64,000 nucleotides of DNA, from NCBI GenBank assembly GCA_002189035.1, contig CM007989.1:7006001-7070000 (forward strand), written 5' to 3'. Positions 63,244-64,000 of this stretch are shown here, piece after piece (the stretch's first letter is position 1; each line of letters opens with the position of its first letter). The position numbers and the translations under genes are program-made. The notes under the pieces were generated by a model, which searched no databases, was not told the origin of the DNA, and saw only the letters and a list, made by a program, of their open reading frames with translations. Source of the stretch: Utricularia gibba (Eukaryota > Plantae > Magnoliophyta).

Positions 63244-64000
63244 CTTTCCGACAAACAACAAATCAAACAACTTGAATTTATGTCATACTCTCAGCATTTT
63301 CGAATAGTGATTTTTGCACGTGGCGACAAGAAAATGGTCCCAGACCCAGAAATTTCGATTTGGGAGAAAGTAAAAGATGAGGTTGGATGTACATAAATCA
63401 TGACAAATCTTCTATAAAATTGCTCTAGAACAAAAGAACTGGAGGAGTTTGTGCTGTGTTCTGGTGCAGCAACAAGTTGGAGGAGTTACTACTGATCTGG
63501 TGCAACAGACCGTGAACCCAATTGTTGGCTTCTCCTGGTTTATGTAATAATGTATGCTGATCTTCTAGGAGGCTGCAACAAGCTGCCGTACCTCCCCTTC
63601 CGTCACCGCCCTGAATCCGACTCTCCTCTGCAATGCAAAACAACCAGATGTCAGGGATCACCATCCTTTCTAAAAGAGGGCACGCTTTATACTTTTATGG
63701 GAGTGCTGTGAACATGGAAAGTCAAACATGGCTGTGGGGGTTTGGTATTATCTGTAGGCCGAATCAGAGAACAGTGCTGAAAATCGATTTGAAGGTCAAA
63801 TCAGTGAGATGTTTGGTTGGGATTGAAAAATCGATTACGTTCTGAAGTTAATCCAACGTGAAAGTTCTTTGGATTATTTTTCAGGTGTTGTGGAGATGAA
63901 AATGTCTGAATTTTGCATGTGGAGGAAACGTGGATTACCTCACGGGGTTTGGTGGCGTGTTGCGGTGTTGGATTCTGAGGGCGGGAACTCCCCCTGGCTG

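Overview
Gene-dense nuclear DNA from a flowering plant (eudicot-like, short GT-AG introns, very AT-rich spacers). Host genes in order: tafazzin-like acyltransferase (5' end outside window, +), NPF5.8/5.9-like transporter (+), RFI2-like RING E3 ligase (+), dormancy/auxin-associated DRMH3-like (-), pectin methylesterase with PMEI pro-region and a ~715-aa Ser/Pro/Thr repeat tail (-), TPR-like protein (+), phospholipase D zeta (+), mut-7/EXD3-like 3'-5' exonuclease (-), short CBP60/SARD1-like (+), GH1 winged-helix protein (+), TDY MAP kinase (MPK17-like, +), small proline-rich protein (-), QPT (+), FAB1C-like PI3P 5-kinase (+) and a small unassigned gene (-). The most notable feature is an ~8.5 kb Mutator-like element (40260-48763) with long TIRs, a near-perfect 10-bp TSD and subterminal motif arrays. 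It carries a decayed MuDR/MULE/SWIM transposase and, head-to-head with it, an intron-containing FCP1/NIF-type (CTD-phosphatase-like HAD) gene. About ten frameshifts in host genes are each fixed by adding one base to a short homopolymer and are probably assembly errors; the stops inside the MULE are substitutions and look like real decay. All family assignments come from recalled motifs, and exon boundaries were read by eye; no database search was run.
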